From an uncultured Candidatus Saccharibacteria bacterium (lineage in GTDB: Bacteria; Patescibacteriota; Minisyncoccia; Phycocordibacterales; DATGWK01), in contig CAYRZH010000001.1 in the NCBI GenBank assembly GCA_964428845.1, positions 74,990 to 138,989 of the forward strand: 64,000 bases of DNA, given 5' to 3'. Positions 16,223 through 25,549 of the stretch are shown here, piece after piece (the stretch's first letter is position 1; each line of letters begins with the position of its first letter). The notes beneath the pieces are model-generated. The model was not told the origin of the DNA. It saw nothing but the letters and a program-made list of their open reading frames with translations, and ran no database searches. Made by a program: the position numbers and the translations under genes.

Positions 16223-17605
16223 CTATTTTTCTTTTATGAACGGCTTTACTTGGACATTGATTGGTTCTGTTTCACACTCACCAGTTTCATTAAGAGCATC
16301 TGTGACGACAATCCTAACAGCTTTCGTTCCGATTTTTTCATAAGACTTTTTATAGGTAAAGTTTGGCCCGACACCACTAGTCTGGGCAGTGGTAGGATCA
16401 GCCGGAGGATTTATACTCAAAAATTCCCAGTCTACTGTGTATGGTGATTGTCCTTCCGTGACAGCCACTCTCCATTCGACTTCGTTGTTTACATAATACG
16501 GTCCTGATGTCCCGACGGTGCAGGAAACTTCAGGGTTTCCGGTAGGACCACCTCCAGACGTAACATTCAGAACAATGTCCGTTGTCCTAGGTTGGACAGG
16601 ATTACCACCTCCGGGGGCTCCCGAGGCTCTGACAGTGTAGGAGCCGACAGACGCGTTTGCTGTCGCAGTAAATGTGATGTCACTAACACAGGTCGGTGAG
16701 CATGGATTGTTTGTTGGTGACACTACCGCCGTCACACCAGTCGGAAGCGCGGAAATAATACTTAGACTAACGGGAACAGATACACCGGACACAAGAGTTC
16801 TTGTAACCCTACCGATACCGGAAGGTCCCCCTCTAGCTATATTTATTGGGCCATTGTTTGAAAGGCTATAATCAAAAACCAAGGTTGACGGTGATCCGAA
16901 CGTCACATTTATAAACTTTAACCAACCTATAACCGGACCACCCCACGCATTACCGACAATAGAGGCATTTAGAGGATTGTAGGTTATCCCCCCATTTCCA
17001 TTTATATACGATGGACCAGATGGGTGGCGAGAAACTGCCGAGTAACAGCGTGATGAAGGATTGAGAGTTGGGGCGTTATTGTCGGAAAGATGGATCCACC
17101 CATCCCAACCATCGGTTTCCACGGCAGAAATCGCTTTGGCCCATCCATTGATTCTTCCTCTGTTGGCGGCATTTGAAAGATTAATGTTGGCCATGGCACC
17201 AGAACCATTCCCCGGGTCATCACAGGGTGGATTTTTACTTGACGTCGGCATGTTGGTAAAACTATCTGCTCTATCAAAACTAATCCAACCTATATTGTTG
17301 CTCCAAGCATGACCGGACAAATTTCCGACATTATTGGATTGCGTTATGTTTACCCCAAAATCCGGGCCCTCACAACTTCCTGGATCAGGCACTCCGTTCG
17401 CATCATCATCGTCACAATTGCTAAACTTGATCCATCCCGCACCCATGTCAGGACCTTCGCTTGTGCCAGCCCACGCCCAGCCAAAAACTCTAGTACTAGG
17501 AGCAGATTGGGCATCAGCTACTCTAGTGGAAAAACCCACACCAACAAAAACCAAAAACAGGATAACGACAAAAAAGGAGATTGAGAAAAATGTCTTCTTA
17601 TTCAT
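16223..17605 (-). CDS. Secreted surface protein with GWAW/GWI repeats and a PKD-like C-terminus
   Basis: Signal peptide; repeated GxAW...GWIxF; C-terminal GQSPYTVDW...GTKAVRIVVTD. Confidence 0.65.
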   Translation of the reverse strand: MNKKTFFSISFFVVILFLVFVGVGFSTRVADAQSAPSTRVFGWAWAGTSEGPDMGAGWIKFSNCDDDDANGVPDPGSCEGPDFGVNITQSNNVGNLSGHAWSNNIGWISFDRADSFTNMPTSSKNPPCDDPGNGSGAMANINLSNAANRGRINGWAKAISAVETDGWDGWIHLSDNNAPTLNPSSRCYSAVSRHPSGPSYINGNGGITYNPLNASIVGNAWGGPVIGWLKFINVTFGSPSTLVFDYSLSNNGPINIARGGPSGIGRVTRTLVSGVSVPVSLSIISALPTGVTAVVSPTNNPCSPTCVSDITFTATANASVGSYTVRASGAPGGGNPVQPRTTDIVLNVTSGGGPTGNPEVSCTVGTSGPYYVNNEVEWRVAVTEGQSPYTVDWEFLSINPPADPTTAQTSGVGPNFTYKKSYEKIGTKAVRIVVTDALNETGECETEPINVQVKPFIKEK

Positions 17606-17712
17606 AAAAATGGGCTTTGCTTGCCTGATTTTAGCATGAAATATCAACAAGATTGTTCACCTACTCTACCCTTTTGTGGATAACGTTGGAAACATTGGGG
17701 TTTTTGGACAAT

Positions 17713-17782
17713 TTGACAAACACAAAAGAATTTACTAGTATATATGAGCATTTAGGTTCGCCCGTGGGCGGACTATTTTTTT
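17713..17782 (+). promoter_or_regulatory. nusA promoter and leader terminator-like hairpin
   Basis: TTGACA-17-TAGTAT (17713-17741), then GTTCGCC-CGTG-GGCGGAC-TATTTTTTT before ATG 17796. Confidence 0.6.
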
Positions 17783-17795
17783 AAAAAAATTCAAC

Positions 17796-18956
17796 ATGCT
17801 TGATCTAAAAGTTATAAATTCAGTGCTAAATCAGCTCGAAGAAGAGCGCGGTATTCCACGTGCCAAAGTTATTGAGGCCATTGAAATGGCTCTTGCCACT
17901 GCCTACAAGAAAGAGTATGGCCAGAAGAGTCAGATCATAAGAGCGAAGTTTGACATCAACACCGGTACCGCCGAATTTTTCCAAATAAAAGTCGTTGTCG
18001 ATGATTCCACAGTTGTCTTTGATCCAAATGACGAGGATGAGGAAAAAACTTTCAAAAATGAAGCTGGAGAAGAAATAGAAAAAGATATTTTCAACCCAGA
18101 ACGCCACACTCTACTCGCTGACGCAAAAAAAATCAAAAAGGACGCTATTTTGGGCGAAGAAATTGTCTTCCCTCTTGAGGCAAAGGATGACTACGGCCGT
18201 ATTGCTTCACAGACAGCAAAGCAAGTCATTATTCAGAAGATAAGGGAAGCAGAAAAAACGGCAGTGTTGAAAGAGTATGGTGCCCAAGAAGGCAATATTA
18301 TAAGTGGAACTGTCCAGCGACTAGAACGTGGAAACATATTCATAGACGTTGGCCGCGCAACAGGCATGATTTCTTACGAAGATCAGATTCCTGGAGAGCG
18401 CTACAGCCAAGGTGAGAGGATCCGCGCATATCTTTATCGTGTAGAGGAGAGCCCGCGTGGCATCTTCTTGCGCCTTTCTCGTTCTCACCCACAGTTTTTG
18501 GCAAAACTCTTCGAAGCAGAAGTTCCAGAGATAGGCACCGGCGTCGTTTCTGTCAAAGCTATAGCCAGAGAAGCAGGGTCTAGGAGCAAAATAGCCGTTT
18601 CTTCGAGCGACAGCCATATAGACCCTGTCGGCAGTATGGTTGGTCAGAGAGGCGTGCGAGTCACTACCGTCATGAGTGAGCTCGGTGGAGAAAAAATTGA
18701 TATAATCGAGTGGTCATTAGACAAAAAGAAGTTTGTCGAGGACGCACTGTCTCCTGCAAAAACACTATCAGTTGAAATAGACGAGGGGGCCAACAAGGCA
18801 GTAGTAAAAGTTTCAGAAGACCAGCAATCCCTGGCTATAGGTAAAGGGGGTCAGAACGTCCGTCTGGCAGCAAAACTTACCGGAACAAAAATCGACATCC
18901 AATCGTCTGCAGGTGAGGAAATTATCAAATCAGACGTCGAAATTACAAAAAACTAA
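17796..18956 (+). CDS. nusA: Transcription factor NusA
   Basis: YGRIASQTAKQVIIQKIREAE, AREAGSRSK, LAIGKGGQNVRLAAKLTG. Confidence 0.97.
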   Translation: MLDLKVINSVLNQLEEERGIPRAKVIEAIEMALATAYKKEYGQKSQIIRAKFDINTGTAEFFQIKVVVDDSTVVFDPNDEDEEKTFKNEAGEEIEKDIFNPERHTLLADAKKIKKDAILGEEIVFPLEAKDDYGRIASQTAKQVIIQKIREAEKTAVLKEYGAQEGNIISGTVQRLERGNIFIDVGRATGMISYEDQIPGERYSQGERIRAYLYRVEESPRGIFLRLSRSHPQFLAKLFEAEVPEIGTGVVSVKAIAREAGSRSKIAVSSSDSHIDPVGSMVGQRGVRVTTVMSELGGEKIDIIEWSLDKKKFVEDALSPAKTLSVEIDEGANKAVVKVSEDQQSLAIGKGGQNVRLAAKLTGTKIDIQSSAGEEIIKSDVEITKN

Positions 18957-18964
18957 TAAAATAT

Positions 18965-19498
18965 ATGAATCTTTGGCACGATGTTACTCCAGGTGAGAAC
19001 GAAAAAATAAACGTTATCATCGAAATAGGAAAGGGTTCGAAAAATAAATACGAAGTAGACAAAAAAACCGGCATGATCGCCCTCGATCGCGTGGCTTATA
19101 CTGCGCAAGATTTTCCTTTTGATTATGGTTTCGTCCCCCAGACTCTCTGGGAAGACAATGACCCGGTGGATGCAATCGTCCTCACCACCCATCCCCTTAT
19201 ACCAGGTATCTTGGTCAGAGTAAGACCAGTAGCGCTCATGGAAATGATTGATAGCGGTGATTCTGATTCAAAAATAATTGCCGTCCCTATAGATGACCCG
19301 CGCTGGGAAGATACTAAGGACTTGGCCGATATCAACCCACACACAATAAAAGAAATCGAGCATTTTTATTCGACATACAAAAAGTTGCAAAATAAGGTTG
19401 TCGAAGTGAAAGGCTTCCACGGCAAAAATGCTGCGATCGAAGCCTTCAAAAAGGGCATCAAATTGTACTCGGAAAAATTCCCCAAAACCTCAAAATAA
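18965..19498 (+). CDS. ppa: Inorganic pyrophosphatase (family I)
   Basis: KNKYEVDK, YGFVPQTLWEDNDPVD, MIDSGDSDSK. Confidence 0.96.
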   Translation: MNLWHDVTPGENEKINVIIEIGKGSKNKYEVDKKTGMIALDRVAYTAQDFPFDYGFVPQTLWEDNDPVDAIVLTTHPLIPGILVRVRPVALMEMIDSGDSDSKIIAVPIDDPRWEDTKDLADINPHTIKEIEHFYSTYKKLQNKVVEVKGFHGKNAAIEAFKKGIKLYSEKFPKTSK

Positions 19499-19641
19499 GC
19501 CCCAAAGGGGGCTGTTTTGTTTCTGTATCTTTAGACCTTAATGTAATACAATTACTGATGATTCGTCTTGGGGTGTGTGAAGGATCGGTGCTTTAAATTT
19601 ACATTATAAGTTTTAACAATTTATTAGAATAAAAAAACATC

Positions 19642-20859
19642 ATGAAAAAATACATCATTTCTTCTGTATTTGTTTTGGGCCTAATATTGGCCGGTTCGGG
19701 AGTAGCTTCGGCGCAAAATGTCCTGCCGATGCCATTCCCAACACAAGGAGTTTATGGGGGTGTTGGACAAGGAACATCAGTTTCTGGGGGTGTTGGACAA
19801 GGAACATCAGTTTCTGGCCCTGGTTCTTATTCGTCCACGCAGGCCGTAGAAACTAATCAACCAAACAGGGTCATTGCCGAAACAATAGAAATCGGCGCCG
19901 AAGGAGATGTGGGAATAGAGACTGTCGGCGCAGGGAAATTTAAATCAAAAACAAGCCTGGAAACCGCTCTTAAAATGCAGCTTGAAAGATGCATGAGACT
20001 TCCTACCGACCGAGAGAAAAGTGAATGCAAAATTCGTGCGACAAAAAACTTCGAGATCAGGGGAATAATCAAAGCGGTTAGAGATATTAAGGTCAAAATT
20101 GGCGAAAAAGATGATAAGAATGTAGGTGTTCGTTCAGATGATGATGACAGCGACGATGACGACAGAGATAGTAAGACAAAAAGAGACGATGACGTCTCAA
20201 GAAAAAATATCTCCCAAGACAGAGAAAAAGCAGAAAAACGCCTTGACGATTTGGTAAAGCAGAAGTTGGACCATTTTAGACGACTTCTAGACCGCTTCAA
20301 TGCATACCACATTCGACTCTCGAAGATCGGTGATCTTATCGAAACAAGAATAGAGAAATTTGATTCTGATTCAAATGACGCCAACAATTCAGAAGCTAGG
20401 AGGCATTTGGGTCTTGCCAGGACTCACCTTAAAGACGCTCGTGCTTCTATAGATGTAGCTAGAAAACTATGGCAAGAAGTAACAAACACGAGTGTGACTG
20501 ATCCTGCGACGATAGTAAGCGTAAATAGCGACACAGCCATAATCGTAAATGACTTTGATTCATGTGTGAAAGCCGGCAGCCCAGCCATGGAATCAAATCC
20601 GCCAAAGTGCCAATTCAATGGCAAAGTTTACACCGCGAATGAAACTACTATAAAGGTAGGTGTGGAGAAAAAATCTATTAAAGATATCTATGCTCCTGTG
20701 ATAGAAGCTCTCGAGAAAGCAAAGAAATCTCTCGGTGCAGCCAAGAGCGAGCTTCTCGAGGCTTTGAGAAGTATGCGCCAAGGTCCTAATAATGCCGCGG
20801 CCGAAGTAAACTCTACAACCAATGCTGAAGTGAAGGTTGTAGAACCTGCAACAAATTAA
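19642..20859 (+). CDS. Secreted coiled-coil hypothetical protein
   Basis: Signal peptide (ASA-Q); helical charged body; small FDSCVKAG.PAMESNPPKC module. Confidence 0.7.
   Translation: MKKYIISSVFVLGLILAGSGVASAQNVLPMPFPTQGVYGGVGQGTSVSGGVGQGTSVSGPGSYSSTQAVETNQPNRVIAETIEIGAEGDVGIETVGAGKFKSKTSLETALKMQLERCMRLPTDREKSECKIRATKNFEIRGIIKAVRDIKVKIGEKDDKNVGVRSDDDDSDDDDRDSKTKRDDDVSRKNISQDREKAEKRLDDLVKQKLDHFRRLLDRFNAYHIRLSKIGDLIETRIEKFDSDSNDANNSEARRHLGLARTHLKDARASIDVARKLWQEVTNTSVTDPATIVSVNSDTAIIVNDFDSCVKAGSPAMESNPPKCQFNGKVYTANETTIKVGVEKKSIKDIYAPVIEALEKAKKSLGAAKSELLEALRSMRQGPNNAAAEVNSTTNAEVKVVEPATN
19755..19817 (+). repeat. 30-bp perfect in-frame tandem duplication
   Basis: TGGGGGTGTTGGACAAGGAACATCAGTTTC x2 (GGVGQGTSVS x2). 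Confidence 0.9.
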
Positions 20860-20912
20860 AAGTGGATAAGGGTGTCCATTAAAAATAACAGACGAGTTAT
20901 AATAGCCATAAT

Positions 20913-21185
20913 ATGGAAGATCTAAAAACAAATAACAATATTAGTGCGGGGGGTAGTCGATCCGTCGGTCCAATTATAGGTCTCGTCATCATCATTGCGG
21001 TGATTTTCCTCGGTGGAATATATTTCTGGACAACGCGAGAAAAAACTTCCGAGTACAGCCAGAAATCTGCTCCAGAAAACGCTGACGAAACTGCAGCGAT
21101 CATAAACAGCGTTCCCACAAGCAGTGAAGATTCGTCAAGTATAGAAGCGGCACTTGAGGCAACGGTTATTGAAGACGATATATAA
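20913..21185 (+). CDS. Small membrane protein
   Basis: Single TM (GPIIGLVIIIAVIFLGGIYFW); followed by hairpin 21212-21240. Confidence 0.7.
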   Translation: MEDLKTNNNISAGGSRSVGPIIGLVIIIAVIFLGGIYFWTTREKTSEYSQKSAPENADETAAIINSVPTSSEDSSSIEAALEATVIEDDI

Positions 21186-21353
21186 AAACCACGGCCTTCT
21201 CTGTGCTATTTCAAAACCCGGCTCTCTGGCCGGGTTTTGATTTTTAATCTTTAAACTCTACGAACCTCCAACTCCAATCAAGATATGAGTTCTGTCGGAA
21301 AATAGTCTGAAACTTGCACGAGTTCTCACTCATATGTAAACTTGCAAATACGC

Positions 21354-22310
21354 ATGAAAAAGAAATTTCAAAATGTTTCAATAAAAAAACTTCCGAATTC
21401 GGAGGTTGAGATAGAAGCAGAAATCATTGCCGAAGAACTAGATTCGGCTAGAACCATCGCACTCAAGCAGATAAAAGAGACTGTGGAGATACCTGGCTTC
21501 AGAGTCGGACATGCGCCAGAAAATATAGTCGCAAGCCAGGTTGGTGAAATGAAAATACTGGAGAAAGCGGTAGGAATCCTACTCGATACCATATACGGAG
21601 AAATCGTGATGGAAAACAACATTCGTGCTATTGGTATGCCTAAAATCACTATTACAAAGCTTGCCCGAGGAAATCCTGTGGGTTTTAAGGCTTTAACGGC
21701 TGTGCTTCCCGAAGTTGTATTGAAAAACTATTCAGATATTGCCAAAGAAGAGATGGCGAAAGAGAAAGAAAACATCTCCGTAGAAGATAGCGAAGTCGAG
21801 AAAGTTTTAGAGACCTTAAAAAAGGAAACCGGCCAGACAGAAGAAAAACTTGAAAAGGAAAAAATAAAAGAAGAAATTCTTGAACACAAAAAAGCAGAGG
21901 CCCTAGAGAAAAAGAAAATTGCGATCGCCAAGAAACTCATAGCCGAAGCAAAGATAGATATTCCAGAACTTCTAATAGAATCGGAACTTGATACCATGAT
22001 AAATCGTCTAAAAAGCGATATTGAGAGAGCCGGGCTCACTTACGAAGGATACTTATCGCAAATAAAAAAAGAGGACAAAGAAATCCGGAACGAATGGAGA
22101 GAGAATGCCAGAGAAAAAGCCGCCTTACAACTCATCTTAAATCACATCGCAAAGACAGAAAACATCAAACCAGATGAAGAAAAAATAAAGAAGGAGATGG
22201 AGCACATACTGACCCACCACAAAGATGCTGACAGATTCAGGGTTAGAATGTACGTCGAAAACCTCCTGTCAAATGAGGCTGTTTTTGATTTTCTCCTAGC
22301 CGCTAGTTAG
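21354..22310 (+). CDS. tig: Trigger factor (short, apparently lacking the PPIase domain)
   Basis: IPGFRVGHAP ribosome-binding signature; ~318 aa with N- and C-domains. Confidence 0.9.
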   Translation: MKKKFQNVSIKKLPNSEVEIEAEIIAEELDSARTIALKQIKETVEIPGFRVGHAPENIVASQVGEMKILEKAVGILLDTIYGEIVMENNIRAIGMPKITITKLARGNPVGFKALTAVLPEVVLKNYSDIAKEEMAKEKENISVEDSEVEKVLETLKKETGQTEEKLEKEKIKEEILEHKKAEALEKKKIAIAKKLIAEAKIDIPELLIESELDTMINRLKSDIERAGLTYEGYLSQIKKEDKEIRNEWRENAREKAALQLILNHIAKTENIKPDEEKIKKEMEHILTHHKDADRFRVRMYVENLLSNEAVFDFLLAAS

Positions 22311-22330
22311 ACAAAAAGCTATAATAAGGC

Positions 22331-22903
22331 ATGAGCGAAGATGATTATGACTCATCAAGTTTTGTGGCGGCAACTGATAAAAAACTAATTGAGACACCGC
22401 CTCCTCCACCCCACTATTATGGGGACAGTGTGAGAAAATTTTTTCTCATCGCCGCGATAGTAATGTTTGTCACTCTGCCCTTTCTAAATGAAAGGATTTC
22501 TTATCCTCTTTTCTTCTCGATTGTTGGAATACTTGTGCTTACATTTTTCGCCGGGATCACGAGCCCAAGACAAGGGTTCATCATCACGGCCGATATAGGG
22601 GTTTCTATTCTGGGATTTGCGGTATTTGCTTACGAGGCAGTTACAAAATTTCAAAAAATATTTGATCTTTTGTTTGTGACAAACATCGCTCTGGCCTGCA
22701 TTTTCATCTTCACACTCTACTTCAGCCTCAAGACCCTACGGGGTTTCAACCAAATGGGTGTTCGCGAAAAAGCTATCGCGACGGGGAACCCCCCACTACC
22801 CAAGAGGATATGGAGTAAATTTAGAAAAGCGGAGCCAAAATCAGAGCATTTCACAGAGGAAGAGATGAGGAAAAAAAGGTTCTTGGATAAAAGCACTAGC
22901 TAA
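22331..22903 (+). CDS. Hypothetical 4-TM membrane protein
   Basis: Four hydrophobic segments. Confidence 0.7.
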   Translation: MSEDDYDSSSFVAATDKKLIETPPPPPHYYGDSVRKFFLIAAIVMFVTLPFLNERISYPLFFSIVGILVLTFFAGITSPRQGFIITADIGVSILGFAVFAYEAVTKFQKIFDLLFVTNIALACIFIFTLYFSLKTLRGFNQMGVREKAIATGNPPLPKRIWSKFRKAEPKSEHFTEEEMRKKRFLDKSTS

Positions 22904-22961
22904 GAGGGGCAGATGCCGGGCGCGCGTTGGCAATAGGCCTTATATATACCTACATATATAC

Positions 22962-23678
22962 CTACAAAAGCAAAATACTTGTTGCGGCCAGGCTTGCAGT
23001 CTCTGCCCGAAGCACCAATGGGCCGAGACTGTATGTATCGATATTATGCTTTTTGAAAACATCGAGCTCATGACTACTCCATCCCCCTTCTGGGCCGACG
23101 AAGAGGGCAATCCTTTTGTCACTTTTAAAAAGATGCTTATCAAATTTTTGTGAACCAGATGGATCAAGAACTATGACGGTGCAATTTTCTACCCCAGGGC
23201 TTTTTATAAATTCGAGGGCATCTTCTAGCTCTAGGGCTCCGTGAAGTTTTGGAAGTTTTGCTCTGTGAGACTGTTCAGTCGCCTCTTTTATTATTTTAAG
23301 TGCCCTCTCCGTATTCAAATTTTTCTTCTCACTTCTTTCGGCAAGTACCGGAATAAAATGTGATACTCCAATTTCGGTCCCTTTTTCGAGAACCCATTCA
23401 AATTTATCTTTTTTTATCAATGCGGCAAAGAGGAATATTTCTCTTGATGGAGCGCTAGGAGAAAGTTTTGACTCGATAATGATCAGGCTACAGGAAATCC
23501 CAGACAAAGACGATATCTGTGCTTCAAATTCGTAGCCGGAGTTGTCGAGAAGGATCAATCTATGGCCAACCTGAAATCTAAAAACATTCTTCCATTGGTG
23601 TAGGAGATCACGATTTTTTATAACAATCGAGTTTCCTCCCACCAAAGGTTCGTCGATAAAAAATCTATGTAAGCGCAT
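22962..23678 (-). CDS. rsmE: 16S rRNA m3U1498 methyltransferase
   Basis: MRLHRFF start, EKGTEIGV, EATEQS, VGPEGGWS, LGPLVLRAETA. Confidence 0.95.
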   Translation of the reverse strand: MRLHRFFIDEPLVGGNSIVIKNRDLLHQWKNVFRFQVGHRLILLDNSGYEFEAQISSLSGISCSLIIIESKLSPSAPSREIFLFAALIKKDKFEWVLEKGTEIGVSHFIPVLAERSEKKNLNTERALKIIKEATEQSHRAKLPKLHGALELEDALEFIKSPGVENCTVIVLDPSGSQKFDKHLFKSDKRIALFVGPEGGWSSHELDVFKKHNIDTYSLGPLVLRAETASLAATSILLL

Positions 23679-23798
23679 GGGAACAGTATGCAAAACGACC
23701 GGCACACTTGCAAGGAGCCATTTTTTCTGGTTTTTTGCGTCATAGTATTTTTCTGGTATACTGCCGCTATCACTTTTATTCATTAAACGAAAAACATC

Positions 23799-24368
23799 AT
23801 GCTTATCCCAATGGTTATTGAGAAAAGTCAGTTCGGCGAGCGAGCTTTTGATATTTATTCTCGTCTCCTCAAAGACAACATCATTTTCCTAGGTGGGCCG
23901 ATTGATGACAATTTGGCGAACATAGTCATTGCTCAACTTCTTTTCCTCCAGTCAGAAGACCCGAAAAAAGATATTAGCATTTATATAAATTCTCCAGGTG
24001 GTTCTGTTACTTCGACACTCGCCATCGTCGATACAATGAATTTCGTTAAAAATGACATTTCGACTGTTTGCGTCGGGATCGCAGCTTCTGGTGGAGCCAT
24101 CGTTCTTTCCGCTGGCAAAAAAGGCAAACGCCTTGCCCTTCCAAACTCCGAGATTATGATCCACCAGCCTTACGGTGGTGCTGAAGGCCGAGCTTCGGAT
24201 ATCGAGATCACAGCGAAGCAAATCCTCAAAACACGCGAGAGACTCAACAAAATGCTCGCCGAAAACACTGGTAAGCCACTGGCCCAAGTTGAGAAAGATG
24301 TTGACCGAGACTATTTTATGACAGCAGAAGAGGCCAAGAAGTACGGAGTGATTGATAAGATAATTTAG
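23799..24368 (+). CDS. clpP: ClpP protease subunit
   Basis: [35 protein letters not shown]. Confidence 0.97.
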   Translation: MLIPMVIEKSQFGERAFDIYSRLLKDNIIFLGGPIDDNLANIVIAQLLFLQSEDPKKDISIYINSPGGSVTSTLAIVDTMNFVKNDISTVCVGIAASGGAIVLSAGKKGKRLALPNSEIMIHQPYGGAEGRASDIEITAKQILKTRERLNKMLAENTGKPLAQVEKDVDRDYFMTAEEAKKYGVIDKII

Positions 24369-24568
24369 AGGGCTTCAAATAGGTCCCTCGTCGGGCACAG
24401 AAGACAAGGGTTTTCGAATATATACTTCACCGAGCACGCATAAAACGCTGCTGCGTTTTTGCTCTGCTCGCGCCAGTCGCGCTGCGCAAGGCTCGTCTCA
24501 GTATATATTCGAAAACCTATAGGACTATTCGCCAACCTCACCTCGGGGCGCTATTTGAAGACCTCTAA
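24365..24568 (+). repeat. Intergenic fold-back element (family member 2)
   Basis: 18-nt terminal IR with one mismatch, overlapping the clpP stop; inner perfect GGTTTTCGAATATATACT/AGTATATATTCGAAAACC; shared core at 24436-24490. Confidence 0.8.
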
Positions 24569-24621
24569 CAAAAATCCCCTTTCGCCTCTTGGCAAATAGC
24601 AGCGGTATGATATCCTGCTCG

Positions 24622-24915
24622 CCAGTCCCAAGGAGATGTTCATGCGCTCTGTCCCCTGACTCGGTGCAAGTGACAATCCAACATCTCCCAGTCCTGCCCC
24701 CGATGGCCCAAAAGGCTCAAGAAGGCGGGGTGGCCATCAATCCGTAAAGGATCAGAGGCTACGGAAAACGGGCGACTTCCTAGAGAGCTGGCCCAGCTTG
24801 TCGAACCTTCCTCTTGGCTCCATCTGCCAACGAAAGTTTGGGCAGGTCGCCTGGAACGCTAGGCGGTCTTTGGGAAGCCAGCCGGGGGCGCGCAAGTGCT
24901 CCCGGTTTTTTCTTT
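24622..24915 (+). ncRNA. Unidentified ~290-nt GC-rich structured RNA with its own promoter and terminator
   Basis: TTGGCA-16-TATCCT with extended TG (24589-24616); closing helix TCCCAAGGA/TCTTTGGGA; several internal hairpins; terminator GCCGGGGGCGC-GCAA-GTGCTCCCGGT-TTTTT. Confidence 0.6.
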
Positions 24916-24936
24916 GTAAAAATTTAAACTTTTAGT

Positions 24937-25012
24937 TTGACTTTTTCTACCAATCGTATATACTCTTCTCATAAATGGCTTCGGCCTCGCTTTCCACATC
25001 GGAGAGCAAACT
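24937..25012 (+). ncRNA. Promoter plus small RNA convergent on the second pemK 3' end
   Basis: TTGACT-16-TATACT (24937-24964), then ATAAAT-GGC-TTCG-GCC-TC-GCTTTCC-ACATC-GGAGAGC. Confidence 0.55.
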
Positions 25013-25014
25013 AT

Positions 25015-25434
25015 TTAAAAACCGAGTAGCACTCTAGAAAGTGCCTTTTTTAATTCTTCGAATGTAGGTTTGTTTAGTGTCGAGGACTTTCTTACCAATC
25101 TTTTACTATCAATTAAGCGTATTTGTGAAAGTACGGCACTAGCTTCTCTACCCTCAATCTCTCCAAGTGGAAAATAATACTTTCCCTTTTTCTTTTTTCC
25201 GGTTAATGCAATCGCCAATAAAATATTTTTATTAAAACCTTTTATTACAATTACTGGTCTATCGAAGTTTTGACCAGTCCCATCCTGCTCTGATCCGACA
25301 TTGACCCCCAAAGAACACCACCACACTTCACGTTCGTGGTAAAAAGGTGAGGAAGACAACTCGTGTAGACCTTTCTTTTTGTTATTCCATCTATCAAAAT
25401 CTTTTATCATCAAATCTTGATTATAAATTGCCAT
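25015..25434 (-). CDS. PemK/MazF-family endoribonuclease toxin (no adjacent protein antitoxin)
   Basis: KDFDRWN...EREVWWCSLGVNVGSEQDG...RPVIVIKGF...LSQIRLIDSKRL; paralogue of 294-689. Confidence 0.8.
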   Translation of the reverse strand: MAIYNQDLMIKDFDRWNNKKKGLHELSSSPFYHEREVWWCSLGVNVGSEQDGTGQNFDRPVIVIKGFNKNILLAIALTGKKKKGKYYFPLGEIEGREASAVLSQIRLIDSKRLVRKSSTLNKPTFEELKKALSRVLLGF

Positions 25435-25549
25435 GTATCAATTTTTGATAAATTATTTATGAACCCCCTTCTCCTTGCATTTCTTGACGAGGCATGTAAC
25501 ATAGTGTCTGGTTATCCGCACACAAAACCGACAGAAAGGATGGTGAACC

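Noticed and set aside
19755-19817. 30-bp tandem duplication as a functional repeat system
   Set aside because: Two in-frame copies in a low-complexity linker; an ordinary slippage duplication.
24622-24915. Cobalamin riboswitch, RNase P or tmRNA identity for the large RNA
   Set aside because: Fragments such as CTGCCCCCG and GGGAAG occur, but the order and B12 box do not fit and no gene lies downstream; there is no GAGGAAAGTCC and no tRNA-like ends.
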